Source of the DNA: an uncultured delta proteobacterium
GTDB taxonomy: Bacteria; Desulfobacterota; Desulfobacteria; Desulfobacterales; SG8-13
Direction: 5' to 3'
Assembly (NCBI GenBank): GCA_963848135.1
Contig: CAWKCK010000003.1
Span: 310,001-374,000 of the forward strand
Length of the DNA: 64,000 nucleotides
The notes beneath the pieces are model-generated. The model saw nothing but the letters and a program-made list of their open reading frames with translations, was not told the origin of the DNA and searched no databases. The position numbers were made by a program, and so were the translations under genes. Shown piece by piece: positions 30,722 through 40,400 of the stretch. Each line of letters starts with the position of its first letter. The stretch's first letter is position 1.

Positions 30722-31489
30722 TCAACCAAGAATCAAACGCTGAGGATCGCACATGTCTCGAAGTATTCTCAACTCCTCGTCTGACGGCGGAGAATATTCC
30801 CGGGCCTGTGATATATCCACCTTGAATTGCATGTTTTCTAACACCCGCTTTGGTGAGATTCCTGGAAACACAGCCTCTAAGACCATTTCTCGGGTAGACG
30901 AGTCAAAACCCATCACGGCCATATTGGTGATGACGGTCGACGGCCCACCCGCCATCAGCCCGGCCTTTTCCCGTTCCTTTGCGCCTTTGAGCCAGCCAGG
31001 GCTGGTCAAGTAATCAAGATCTTTCACAAATTTGCGCTTCTCGTGTTGCATGAAAATAATGGTCCGCCCGACGAAAGAGGCCACATCACACGCCCCTCCG
31101 CTGCCTGAGAACCGGACGCGGGGGTTTCTATAGTCACCAATCACCGTCGAATTTAAATTGCCGAAACGGTCGATCTGGGCAGCACCCATAATGCCCACCA
31201 CTCGACAGCCGGTGTGCCGGTTCTGCATGAAAGCAAATGCATCGGCCAGACTGCCGTTTACCGACGTCCAATACATCACCCGCGGATCGGCGACGGCCAT
31301 GGGAACTTCTTCCAAAAGCGAATCTATGGCCCCGGTTTCAAAAAAAATCACACTGTTGGGTGCGCTGATATGCTTGGCCGCCATGGCGGCCAACATCGAG
31401 ATTCCCGTGCCGCAAAATACGATGTCGCCGTCCTGAATTTGACGTGCCGCCGCGATGGCCATCATTTCACGCAAGGTATACTCTGGCAT
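30722..31489 (-). CDS. gctB: Glutaconate CoA-transferase-like, subunit B
   Basis: Candidate catalytic Glu in IFFETG, AQIDRFGNLNST, GSGGACD, LTSPG. Confidence 0.85.
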   Translation of the reverse strand: MPEYTLREMMAIAAARQIQDGDIVFCGTGISMLAAMAAKHISAPNSVIFFETGAIDSLLEEVPMAVADPRVMYWTSVNGSLADAFAFMQNRHTGCRVVGIMGAAQIDRFGNLNSTVIGDYRNPRVRFSGSGGACDVASFVGRTIIFMQHEKRKFVKDLDYLTSPGWLKGAKEREKAGLMAGGPSTVITNMAVMGFDSSTREMVLEAVFPGISPKRVLENMQFKVDISQAREYSPPSDEELRILRDMCDPQRLILG

Positions 31490-31526
31490 TTATTCTTCTC
31501 CTGCATGCAACATCTTGGTTAAACCG

Positions 31527-32504
31527 TTATCGGCGATCGAGATTAACAGCATAGCCTGTCCGCGTGTCTGCAGCAATCTCTTCGCGACGCTTCCGACCCA
31601 TCCGTTCCATTAGCATTTTGTGGTCCGCAACCCCATGAATATAGGTTTCTAAATAGTTCCGGTAGCGGTCTTCGTCTTTGGCGGCGTCGCGGTATTGGTT
31701 GAGATAACGAGGATCGTAATCATAGTAACGATAGCAGGCGGTGGGATAAGCACCATAGGGGACCGTGACGACAGCATCGACGCAGAAAAATGGAATCTGG
31801 TTCTGATCGGGAGCCGACCTGAGATGGTCACCCTCAACGAGCTCTTCGCAGGTTATGATCAAGTGCTGAGCCGCTTTGGCCTGTTCGACATCGGCAAAGG
31901 TCAATCCTTCGATACGCACGGTTCCCTGCCGATCAGCTTTCTGGGCGTGCAGGATCGTCACATCCGGGTTGATGGCAGGAACCAGCACCAGCCGGGTAGC
32001 GTCTCCCCATCCTAAAAACGGATTGTCCTGTACAACCAGTTTTTTATCTGGAATTTTTGCATCTTTCTGCCGCAGCTCAGGTGTAAAGCCCCATTTGTCT
32101 ATGATACTCGTTCCCAAACCCGAGCGTGTGGGCAAATAGGGGACGCCCATCGCCCCTGCCAAAAACCGAAGTGTCATCTGGTAGTTGGAGTAGTCTTCAA
32201 CCATGATGTCCCCATTTTCGACCGCTTTTCTAAAGCGTACACAGGTCGGTGCAAAACGGCCACTGCCAGCATAAGCGATCTCCAGTCTGTCGACGCAGCC
32301 GCCACCGACCAATTCGTCAACACCCTGGCCATTGGAATGGGCATATAGATGAAGACCGGTGATTTTTTGCCGGATAATTTCATAAACAGCCGCCATGGGG
32401 TTGCGATTGATGGTGAATCCTCCGATCGACAGATGGAAACCGGGTTTGACAAAACGCTCAACCGCTTCGCTGAGATCCATCTGTTTGTCTTTGCTGGTGT
32501 TCAT
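31527..32504 (-). CDS. gctA: Glutaconate CoA-transferase-like, subunit A
   Basis: GGFTINRNPMA, RFLAGAMGVPYLP, LVPAINPDV, HAQKAD, GAYPTAC...YDYD. Confidence 0.85.
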   Translation of the reverse strand: MNTSKDKQMDLSEAVERFVKPGFHLSIGGFTINRNPMAAVYEIIRQKITGLHLYAHSNGQGVDELVGGGCVDRLEIAYAGSGRFAPTCVRFRKAVENGDIMVEDYSNYQMTLRFLAGAMGVPYLPTRSGLGTSIIDKWGFTPELRQKDAKIPDKKLVVQDNPFLGWGDATRLVLVPAINPDVTILHAQKADRQGTVRIEGLTFADVEQAKAAQHLIITCEELVEGDHLRSAPDQNQIPFFCVDAVVTVPYGAYPTACYRYYDYDPRYLNQYRDAAKDEDRYRNYLETYIHGVADHKMLMERMGRKRREEIAADTRTGYAVNLDRR

Positions 32505-32750
32505 GTGCCACATCCTTTGCGGTGTCTATTTGAACCGTCGGGAAGTATTCATTACCCTTGTGGAGCAAGGGGCGACTAGCGGCTTCCTTTCCAGTTAAGC
32601 GTCTTGTAGATAAAATCCCCGACGGCAAGTCTATTTTAACGATTTGATTTTTATCTTCCCGGTTTTATCTCGCCGCCAGTTGCTTTGAATCAATCCATAC
32701 GTAACGCATTATCGACCGCTTCTTTCTCTTATGCTACGGCAGGCAACGAA

Positions 32751-33524
32751 TCAACAATTGTACCCCATCAACTGTGAGAGCTCTTCAGCGATCGCTCGCA
32801 ATTCCCGGAGGCAGTCATCCCGGTGCTTGGTTTCACGGAACCGGATCTCTGGAATTGCCAGGCTGATCGCCGCCAGAATGACGCCGTTGTGGTCCAACAC
32901 CGGTGCACTGAGAGAGCCGAGTCCCGGTGTCCGCTCTCCCAAGCTCGAAGCATACCCTCGCGCCCGGGTTCGCTCAATCTCATTCGCCAACACGGTCGAA
33001 TCTTTTAAGGTTTTGTCTGTTAGCGCAACCGGCGCCACCCGGCAGAGATATTGCTGCTTGAATTCCGCAGTGCTGAAAGCCAACAGGCATTTGGACGATG
33101 CGCCGGCATAGAGCGGTGACCGATGACCCACGGGCATGCTCGCTTTCAAGTACTGATTCGATTCGACGTGCTCGATGCAGACACGCTCCAATCCATCAAT
33201 GACGTTCAAGTGAACAGTTTCCTGGGTTCTGGCCTGCAACCTCTCCATGAGCGGCACGGCTGTCCGGCTGATGGGATAGGAGCTCTGGAGCAGGCCCAGA
33301 AACCGGAAATAGACCGGGCCCAAACGGTACAACCGGCTTTCCGGGTCCTGGTCAACGAACCTGTATTCCTTGAGCGTTTTTAATATTCGCTGAACCGTTG
33401 CCGGACTCAAGCCCAGGTGATTGCTCAATTCGCGAACGCCCCAATTCGAATGTTCCACCCCAAACGCCAAAAGGATGTGCAATGCTTTTTCGATCGAATT
33501 GCGTCTTGACGGGTATTGTTCCAT
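32751..33524 (-). CDS. IclR family transcriptional regulator
   Basis: SIEKALHIL N-terminal HTH, QETVHL, PLYAGASSK, LSAPVLD; divergent from the glutaryl-CoA dehydrogenase gene. Confidence 0.95.
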   Translation of the reverse strand: MEQYPSRRNSIEKALHILLAFGVEHSNWGVRELSNHLGLSPATVQRILKTLKEYRFVDQDPESRLYRLGPVYFRFLGLLQSSYPISRTAVPLMERLQARTQETVHLNVIDGLERVCIEHVESNQYLKASMPVGHRSPLYAGASSKCLLAFSTAEFKQQYLCRVAPVALTDKTLKDSTVLANEIERTRARGYASSLGERTPGLGSLSAPVLDHNGVILAAISLAIPEIRFRETKHRDDCLRELRAIAEELSQLMGYNC

Positions 33525-33527
33525 AAT

Positions 33528-33544
33528 ATAAAACACTGTTTTAT
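33528..33544. promoter_or_regulatory. Perfect palindrome, probable IclR operator
   Basis: ATAAAACA-C-TGTTTTAT immediately upstream of the IclR ATG (33524). Confidence 0.6.
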
Positions 33545-33878
33545 TTTTGTAAAAATATGTCAGAGAGCCTTGTCGGTTGTCAAGCGGATTATGTCATGCG
33601 AGAGCCTAACCGTCGCGTTGATGGCGGTTCGAAAGCGCTTGACAATGATTGCCAGTGATAGCTATATGATAGCTATATTTTAAATGTTTATCTGCCTTAG
33701 AGACCTGTTCAGCCGCAAACGCAAAATCAAACCAAGCGCATTGGGGACGGGTAGCGATAAACCCATGAGCTGCAAGCCGGTCGAGCGGCATTAGGGATTC
33801 AATCTTCATCCTGATCTGTGCGGACAATATTTTGGAATTGCGTCGACCTTTTTACAGATTTTCAGAGGAGGAGATCAA

Positions 33879-35048
33879 ATGCATTTTGCATTGAGCAAAG
33901 AGCTTGAAATGCTGCGGAAGGCGATCCGAGAATTTGCCGACAAGAAGATCGCCCCCAACGCTGATGAGTGGGATGCCAAACATTATTTCCCTTACAAAGA
34001 GGCCATCAAACCGATGGCCGAGTTGGGGTTTTTCGGCACCGTTATTCCTGAAGAGTACGACGGGGAAGGAATGGATGACGGCTGGCTGGCAGCAATGCTC
34101 GTTACCGAGGAAATCGCCCGGGCTTCGAGTTCCCTAAGGGTCCAGGTCAATATGCAAACCCTCGGATGCGCCTATACCATCTATAAGTACGGAACCGACG
34201 AAGCAAAAAAGAAGTACATCGGTAAACTCATCAATGCCGAATACATCGGCGGATTCGGCATCACCGAGCCGGATGCGGGTTCGGATGTCATGTCAATGCA
34301 ATCCACGGCCGAGGACAAAGGCGATCATTGGTTGCTCAATGGTTCCAAGACCTGGATTTCCAACGCCAACATTGCCGACGTCGTCATCTACTATGCGTAC
34401 ACCGACCGTGACAAGGGTTCGAGAGGCTTGTCCGCTTTCGCTGTCGAGCTGAAGAATTTCAATGGCGTCAGGACCACGGCCCTGGAAAAAATGGGATCAC
34501 ACAGTTCGCCCACGGGTGAAATTTTTTTGACCAACACCGCGGTTCCGAAAGAAAACATTCTCGGCCAACCCGGTGATGGCGCTAAAATCGTTTTCAGCTC
34601 TCTTAACCAGACACGTTTGTCGGCCGCCGCCGGCGCCGTCGGTGTCGCCCAGGCCTGTCTGGATGCCGCTGTAAAGTATTGCAAGGAGAGAAAGCAGTTT
34701 GGCAAACCGATCGGTGAATACCAAATGAATCAGGACATGATCGCGCAAATGTCGGCTGAAATCGAGGCGGCCCGTCTTCTGGTTTACAAAGCCGCATGGG
34801 TCAAGGATCAAGGTAAACTCAACAACGGTCTCGACGTGGCCCAGGCCAAGTACTTCGCCGGCGAGGTGGTGACCAAATGCTCAAACTATGCCATGCGGAT
34901 TCTCGGCGCTTATGGCTATTCTCCTGAATATCCGGTGGCGCGGTACTACCGGGATACCCCCACCTACACCATGGTGGAAGGATCAGCCAACATTTGCAAG
35001 TGGATCATCGCACTGGATCAATTGGGCATCCGCAAGGCCAACCGGTAA
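33879..35048 (+). CDS. acd: Glutaryl-CoA dehydrogenase, non-decarboxylating (glutaconyl-CoA forming) type
   Basis: Acyl-CoA dehydrogenase motifs (ITEPDAGSD, NGSKTWISN, QFGKPIG); MVEGSANI with Val before the catalytic Glu; I recall it closely resembling the Desulfococcus multivorans enzyme; next to gcdA. Confidence 0.9.
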   Translation: MHFALSKELEMLRKAIREFADKKIAPNADEWDAKHYFPYKEAIKPMAELGFFGTVIPEEYDGEGMDDGWLAAMLVTEEIARASSSLRVQVNMQTLGCAYTIYKYGTDEAKKKYIGKLINAEYIGGFGITEPDAGSDVMSMQSTAEDKGDHWLLNGSKTWISNANIADVVIYYAYTDRDKGSRGLSAFAVELKNFNGVRTTALEKMGSHSSPTGEIFLTNTAVPKENILGQPGDGAKIVFSSLNQTRLSAAAGAVGVAQACLDAAVKYCKERKQFGKPIGEYQMNQDMIAQMSAEIEAARLLVYKAAWVKDQGKLNNGLDVAQAKYFAGEVVTKCSNYAMRILGAYGYSPEYPVARYYRDTPTYTMVEGSANICKWIIALDQLGIRKANR

Positions 35049-35096
35049 TACCGGAACGGAAATTACACTTCCGCGTCGCAAAGGAGGAGCAGCGAA

Positions 35097-35495
35097 TTGG
35101 GCAAGGATCTGACCGAAAAAACCAAAAGCACCGCAACGCTCTACTTTGAGGGGGTTACGGACGAAAAACCATTCGATCTCTGGCGGGCATTCGACAAAAA
35201 TTTGGGTAAAGATCTGTCCCTTTTTATCACCGGGCAGATGTATGCTCGTGAAAAGATTCCCCATCGCACCCGACAGCTGATCACCGTTGCCGTCCTGACG
35301 GTCTTATCGCGCCAGGAAGAGCTGAGACTGCACATACAGGCCGCTTTGAACGTGGGTTGTCCGGTGAGGGAAATTGCCGAAGCGATATTTCAAACCTTCA
35401 CTTATGCCGGCATCCCCACAGTCAACGCTGCTCTGAAGACCTTTCGATCGGTTTTGGAAGAAAAAGGGATGTGGCCTATCATTGAGAACGGGTGA
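35097..35495 (+). CDS. Carboxymuconolactone decarboxylase (CMD/AhpD) family protein
   Basis: RTRQLITVAVL, ELRLHIQAALNVG, EIAEAI, YAGIP; TTG start after GGAGG. Confidence 0.85.
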   Translation: MGKDLTEKTKSTATLYFEGVTDEKPFDLWRAFDKNLGKDLSLFITGQMYAREKIPHRTRQLITVAVLTVLSRQEELRLHIQAALNVGCPVREIAEAIFQTFTYAGIPTVNAALKTFRSVLEEKGMWPIIENG

Positions 35496-35534
35496 AACCA
35501 AAAAGAATTTCAGATCATAGCGGAGTGAAACAAC

Positions 35535-37268
35535 ATGAGACCTTATTTTGAAAAAATGCAGGACTTTGGCACTGAACTGAATCCGGGACAGATCAAAAGT
35601 ACCGAAGAGAACGTCGAGAAAATTAAAGATGTTGAGGAAACGGTTCGCAAGGAAATCGAAAAAGTCAAAAATGTCGGCCTTCCAGAAGAAAAAATCAATG
35701 CCCGCGGACAAATGACGATTTGGCAGCGACTGCGCTACTTGGTCGATCCGGGAACCTGGAACCCTTTGCATACTCTATACAACCCGGACGATAACATCGA
35801 AGGGACCACCAATGTCATTGACGGACTCGGAAAGATATCCGGCAAATGGGCCGTGATCATCGGGTTCGACAATAAAGTCTTTGCCGGTGCCTGGCTGCCT
35901 GGGCAATATGAAAATATACTCAGGGTTACAGATCTTTCTAAACGATTGAACCTGCCCCTGGTCTGGTTGGTTAATTGCAGCGGGGTCAAACTTACCGAGC
36001 AAGAAAAATTTTACGCTAGTCGACGCGGTGGCGGAACGACCTTTTTTCGGCACGCCGAACTTGAACAGATGGGAATCCCGATCTTGGCTGCCATTTACGG
36101 TACCAACCCGGCCGGCGGCGGCTATCAGGGCATCAGCCCTACCGTTCTCTTCGCCCACAAGGACGCCAACATCGCCGTCGGCGGCGGCGGTATCCTCAGC
36201 GGCATGTCCCCAAAAGGCTATTTCGATCAGGAAGGGGCGGAACAATTGATCAACGCCGCCAAGCAGTACAAGGTAGAACCGCCAGGATCAGCTAAAATCC
36301 ATTACAATGAAACCGGTTTTTTCCGTTATTTGTACGATGATGAGACCCAGGTGCTCGACGGTATCAAAGACTATATGCGGGATATGCCGGCCTATAACCC
36401 AAAATTTTTCCGGGTGGCAGACCCCAAACCGCCCCGGTTCCCCGCCGAAGATCTCTACCGATTGCTCCCGTTCAACCAGAAACAAATGTACAATTTCGAT
36501 GAGGTCCTCTCACGCCTGGTGGACGGCAGTGAACACCTCGAGTACCGACCAGACTACGGGCCAGAAATTTACACCGGCCTGGTTAAAATTGACGGTTTTC
36601 TGGTGGGGTGCATCGGTAACCGCCAAGGCTATCTTGGAGAAGATTACCCTGAATATGCACCTTACCCCGGAATTGGCGGTAAGCTCTATCGACAGGGGTT
36701 GATTAAAATGAACGAATTCGTAACCCTCTGCGGGCGAGACCGCGTGCCGATCGCATGGTTTCAGGACACTTCCGGCATCGATGTCGGCGATTTGGCCGAA
36801 AAAGCTGAGTTGCTCGGCTTGGGCCAGTCTTTGATCTATTCGATCCAACAGACTGAAGTTCCCATGATGCTCGTGGTCCTCCGCAAAGGAACCGCGGCTG
36901 CCCATTACGTTATGGGTGGCCCTACAGCCAATCGACACAATGCCTTCACTCTCGGGATTCCCACAACCGAAATCTACGTCATGCACGGCGAGACCGCGGC
37001 AGCGGCAAGCTTCTCGCGGCGCCTGGTTAAAGAAAAGGGTGCCGGTCGCCCTCTTGATCAGGTCATCGAAAACATGAACAAGATGGTCAAAGAATACTAC
37101 GATAACTCACGCCCAGTCTACTGTGCCCAAAAAGGATTTGTCGACGAGGTGGCCACCATGTCCGAAATTCGACGGTATATGATGGCCTTTGCCGGAGCGG
37201 CCTATCAGAACCCGCGATCGATATGCCCCCATCACCAGATGCTGTTGCCCCGTAGCATTAAAAAATAG
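35535..37268 (+). CDS. gcdA: Glutaconyl-CoA decarboxylase alpha (carboxyltransferase) subunit
   Basis: AGAWLPGQ, NCSGVKL, GTNPAGGGY, FQDTSGIDVG, RKGTAAAHYVMGGP, VMHGETA, C-terminal SICPHHQMLLPR. Confidence 0.92.
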   Translation: MRPYFEKMQDFGTELNPGQIKSTEENVEKIKDVEETVRKEIEKVKNVGLPEEKINARGQMTIWQRLRYLVDPGTWNPLHTLYNPDDNIEGTTNVIDGLGKISGKWAVIIGFDNKVFAGAWLPGQYENILRVTDLSKRLNLPLVWLVNCSGVKLTEQEKFYASRRGGGTTFFRHAELEQMGIPILAAIYGTNPAGGGYQGISPTVLFAHKDANIAVGGGGILSGMSPKGYFDQEGAEQLINAAKQYKVEPPGSAKIHYNETGFFRYLYDDETQVLDGIKDYMRDMPAYNPKFFRVADPKPPRFPAEDLYRLLPFNQKQMYNFDEVLSRLVDGSEHLEYRPDYGPEIYTGLVKIDGFLVGCIGNRQGYLGEDYPEYAPYPGIGGKLYRQGLIKMNEFVTLCGRDRVPIAWFQDTSGIDVGDLAEKAELLGLGQSLIYSIQQTEVPMMLVVLRKGTAAAHYVMGGPTANRHNAFTLGIPTTEIYVMHGETAAAASFSRRLVKEKGAGRPLDQVIENMNKMVKEYYDNSRPVYCAQKGFVDEVATMSEIRRYMMAFAGAAYQNPRSICPHHQMLLPRSIKK

Positions 37269-37473
37269 ATTTACAGGTGGGAACCGGTGCCTGTTTCGAC
37301 CGGTACCGTTTCCTGCCGAAATCATTTTTGACTTTCAGTCCGCCGACCTTTATTCCTTCCGACTGATGCTTATCATCTGGATTCGTCTTTACCCAGAATC
37401 CGCCGAGGCGGTATCGCCGCTCTCCACTCGCTGGGCATCAACAAACCCACTGCGATAAAATACAACCGACCAC

Positions 37474-40400
37474 ATGATCGAAACTGATTTCATACATATT
37501 TATGGTGCCCGCCAGAACAACCTGAAGAATCTCGATTTAAAGATTCCCCTCAACCGGATTACCATTGTCACCGGCGTCAGCGGTTCCGGCAAATCCTCAT
37601 TGGCCCTCGACACCCTCTATGCTGAAGGCCAGCGCCGATATGTCGAGACTTTTTCACCTTACGCCCGGCAATTTATGGATCGAATGGATCGCCCGCAGGT
37701 CGACCGGATCGAGGGAATACCGCCAGCCATCGCCATTGATCGCAAAGACCCGGTGCGCACGTCACGGTCGACCGTTGGCACCATGACCGAAATCACCGAT
37801 TACGTGAAACTTCTCTTTGCCCGCCTGGGGCAATTGCATTGCAAGGCCTGCAACCGTCCCGTACTTATCGAAACACCGCAACACCTCTGGCAGATGTTGC
37901 GGGAACAAGAAGCCGGCACTGAAGTGATTATCACCTATCCATACCCGCTACAAAATACTCCCGTCAAAGACATTCGCAACGAGCTTTTCCGAACGGGGTA
38001 TGACCGCTGGTTCGACGGCAGGCAAATTCACCCTTTGGCGGAGTGGCATGCACAAGCGGGAAAAGAAACCCTCCATGTACTGGCTGATCGCATCGCGCTG
38101 AAACCATCGGATCGCAAACGCATTATCGACTCGGCCGAACTCGCATTCCGGTTTGGCAAAGGACGGCTAGACGTCTGGCTGAATCGTGAAAGGCATCTGG
38201 CTCTGAGCTGCAAATTGGAATGCGCGCACTGCGGTCAACATTACGGCCCGCCGATGCCCAACCTTTTTTCCTTTAACAGTCCTCTCGGTGCCTGCAATAC
38301 TTGCCGTGGTTTCGGTCGCACCATCGACATCGATCTCGACCTGGTTATCCCCGACAAAAAGCTGTCCATTTCCGCGGGAGCCGTCAAACCTTGGGGCGGG
38401 CCGTCGAACCATCGTTCCGAATATGACGACCTGATCGAATTTTGCCGGACTCAGGCCATCTCTACTGAGGTTCCCTTTCAAAAGCTTAAAAAATCCCAAC
38501 AACACGCCATCGTGGAGGGAACTTCGTCATATTACGGTATCCGGGGCTTTTTTAAGTGGCTCGAAACCAGAACTTACAAAATGCCGGTGCGCGTATTTCT
38601 TTCCCGCTACCGTAGCTATGATATTTGCCAAGACTGCAATGGGACCCGTTTCAAGGAGGAATCGCTCCTCTATCGACTGGCAGACAAAACAGTCGCTCAA
38701 GTCTATGAAATGGATGTGGCATCGGCCACACACTTTTTTTCTGAGTTTCAACTGCCCGAAGGGGATGAAGCCAGCCGTCTGATTCTTAGTGCCGTATCCA
38801 AGCGGTTAAACTACTTGCAGAGTGTGGGACTGGCCTATCTGACCCTCGACCGCCAGTCTCGGACCCTTTCCGGCGGTGAGGTGCAACGGGTCGCTCTGGC
38901 ATCGGCTTTAGGTGCCGATCTGGTCAATACCCTGTATATCCTTGACGAACCCAGCATTGGTCTTCACCCCCGTGACAGCCATCGTCTCATCGGCATTCTT
39001 AAAAATTTGCGTGATCAAGGCAACACCGTCGTTGTTGTCGAACACGACCCTGAAATAATTAGAGAAAGTGACTTCCTGATAGACCTCGGACCGCGAGCAG
39101 GAGAGCAGGGCGGGCAAATCATGTATTTTGGCCCCACCGCAAGCATCAATGGTTCGTTGACTGGCCAGTATTTGAAGGGGGTCCGCCAGATTCCGTTGCC
39201 TGAATTCCGCCGTGAACCCCAAAACAAACGCTGGATAACCATTAAAGGCGCGGCGGCCCATAACCTGAAAAACATTGTTGTGCGCATCCCCCTTAACCTT
39301 TTCGTTTGTCTGACGGGGGTATCCGGTTCCGGAAAATCGACGCTGGCAGAGAAGATCCTATATCGGGCTGCGCAACGATTCGCGGGTGGCGCCGGGTCAA
39401 AACCAGGAAAACATCACTCTATTTCAGGTTTAAATACAGTCACCGAAGCGATTTTGGTCGATCAGCGGCCCATCGGGCGTACGCCTCGCGCAAACGTGTT
39501 GACCTACACTAAAGCTTTGGAGCCGATTCGATATCTCCTGGCCGATACGGCCATTTCAAAAAAGAAGGGGTGGGGGCCGGGTCATTTTTCTTTCAATGTT
39601 GACGGGGGGAGATGCGAAGCCTGCAAGGGTGACGGATTCGAAAAAATCGAGATGCAATTTCTTTCAGATGTTTTTGTTTCCTGCCCCCAATGCAACGGTA
39701 AGCGGTTCAAACCTGAAACCCTGGCAGTAACCTATCGCCGGCGAAGCATTGCAGACATCCTCGACATGACCGTAACCGAGGCCCTGGTGTTCTTCCAAGG
39801 ATCATCGAAGCGCCACATCACGATACAAAACGCTCTACACCCCTTGACTGAAGTCGGCTTAGGATACATCCGGCTTGGCCAGCCGATCAATACATTTTCC
39901 GGCGGCGAGGCCCAACGGCTCAAACTCTCGCGCTATCTCAAACGTAATGCCGGTACCGGCCGCCTGTTTATCTTTGATGAACCGACCACCGGTCTGCACT
40001 ACGATGACATCGCTATCCTCCTCTTGGCCCTTCAACGGTTGGTCGATGACGGAAATACGGTTCTTGTGATCGAGCACAACATGGATGTGGTTAAAACCGC
40101 CGACTGGATCATCGACCTGGGCCCGGAAGGGGGCAACGACGGGGGGCGGCTGGTGGCCTCCGGAACACCGGAAACCGTTTCGACCCATGCGGCCTCACAT
40201 ACCGGACGGTTTTTGAAAGCATACTTATCGGGACGCGGTCGCTTCAAGTCCAGCAGAACCCCAATGCTGATTGGCGAATCTCCGGCCACCTATAAGAATT
40301 CGGGCGCCGGGGTTGTTATCTCAGTGCAAGGCGCCCGGGAACACAACCTGAAAGCTCTATCCTTGCACATTCCCCACAATCAGCTTGTGGTTTTTAGTGG

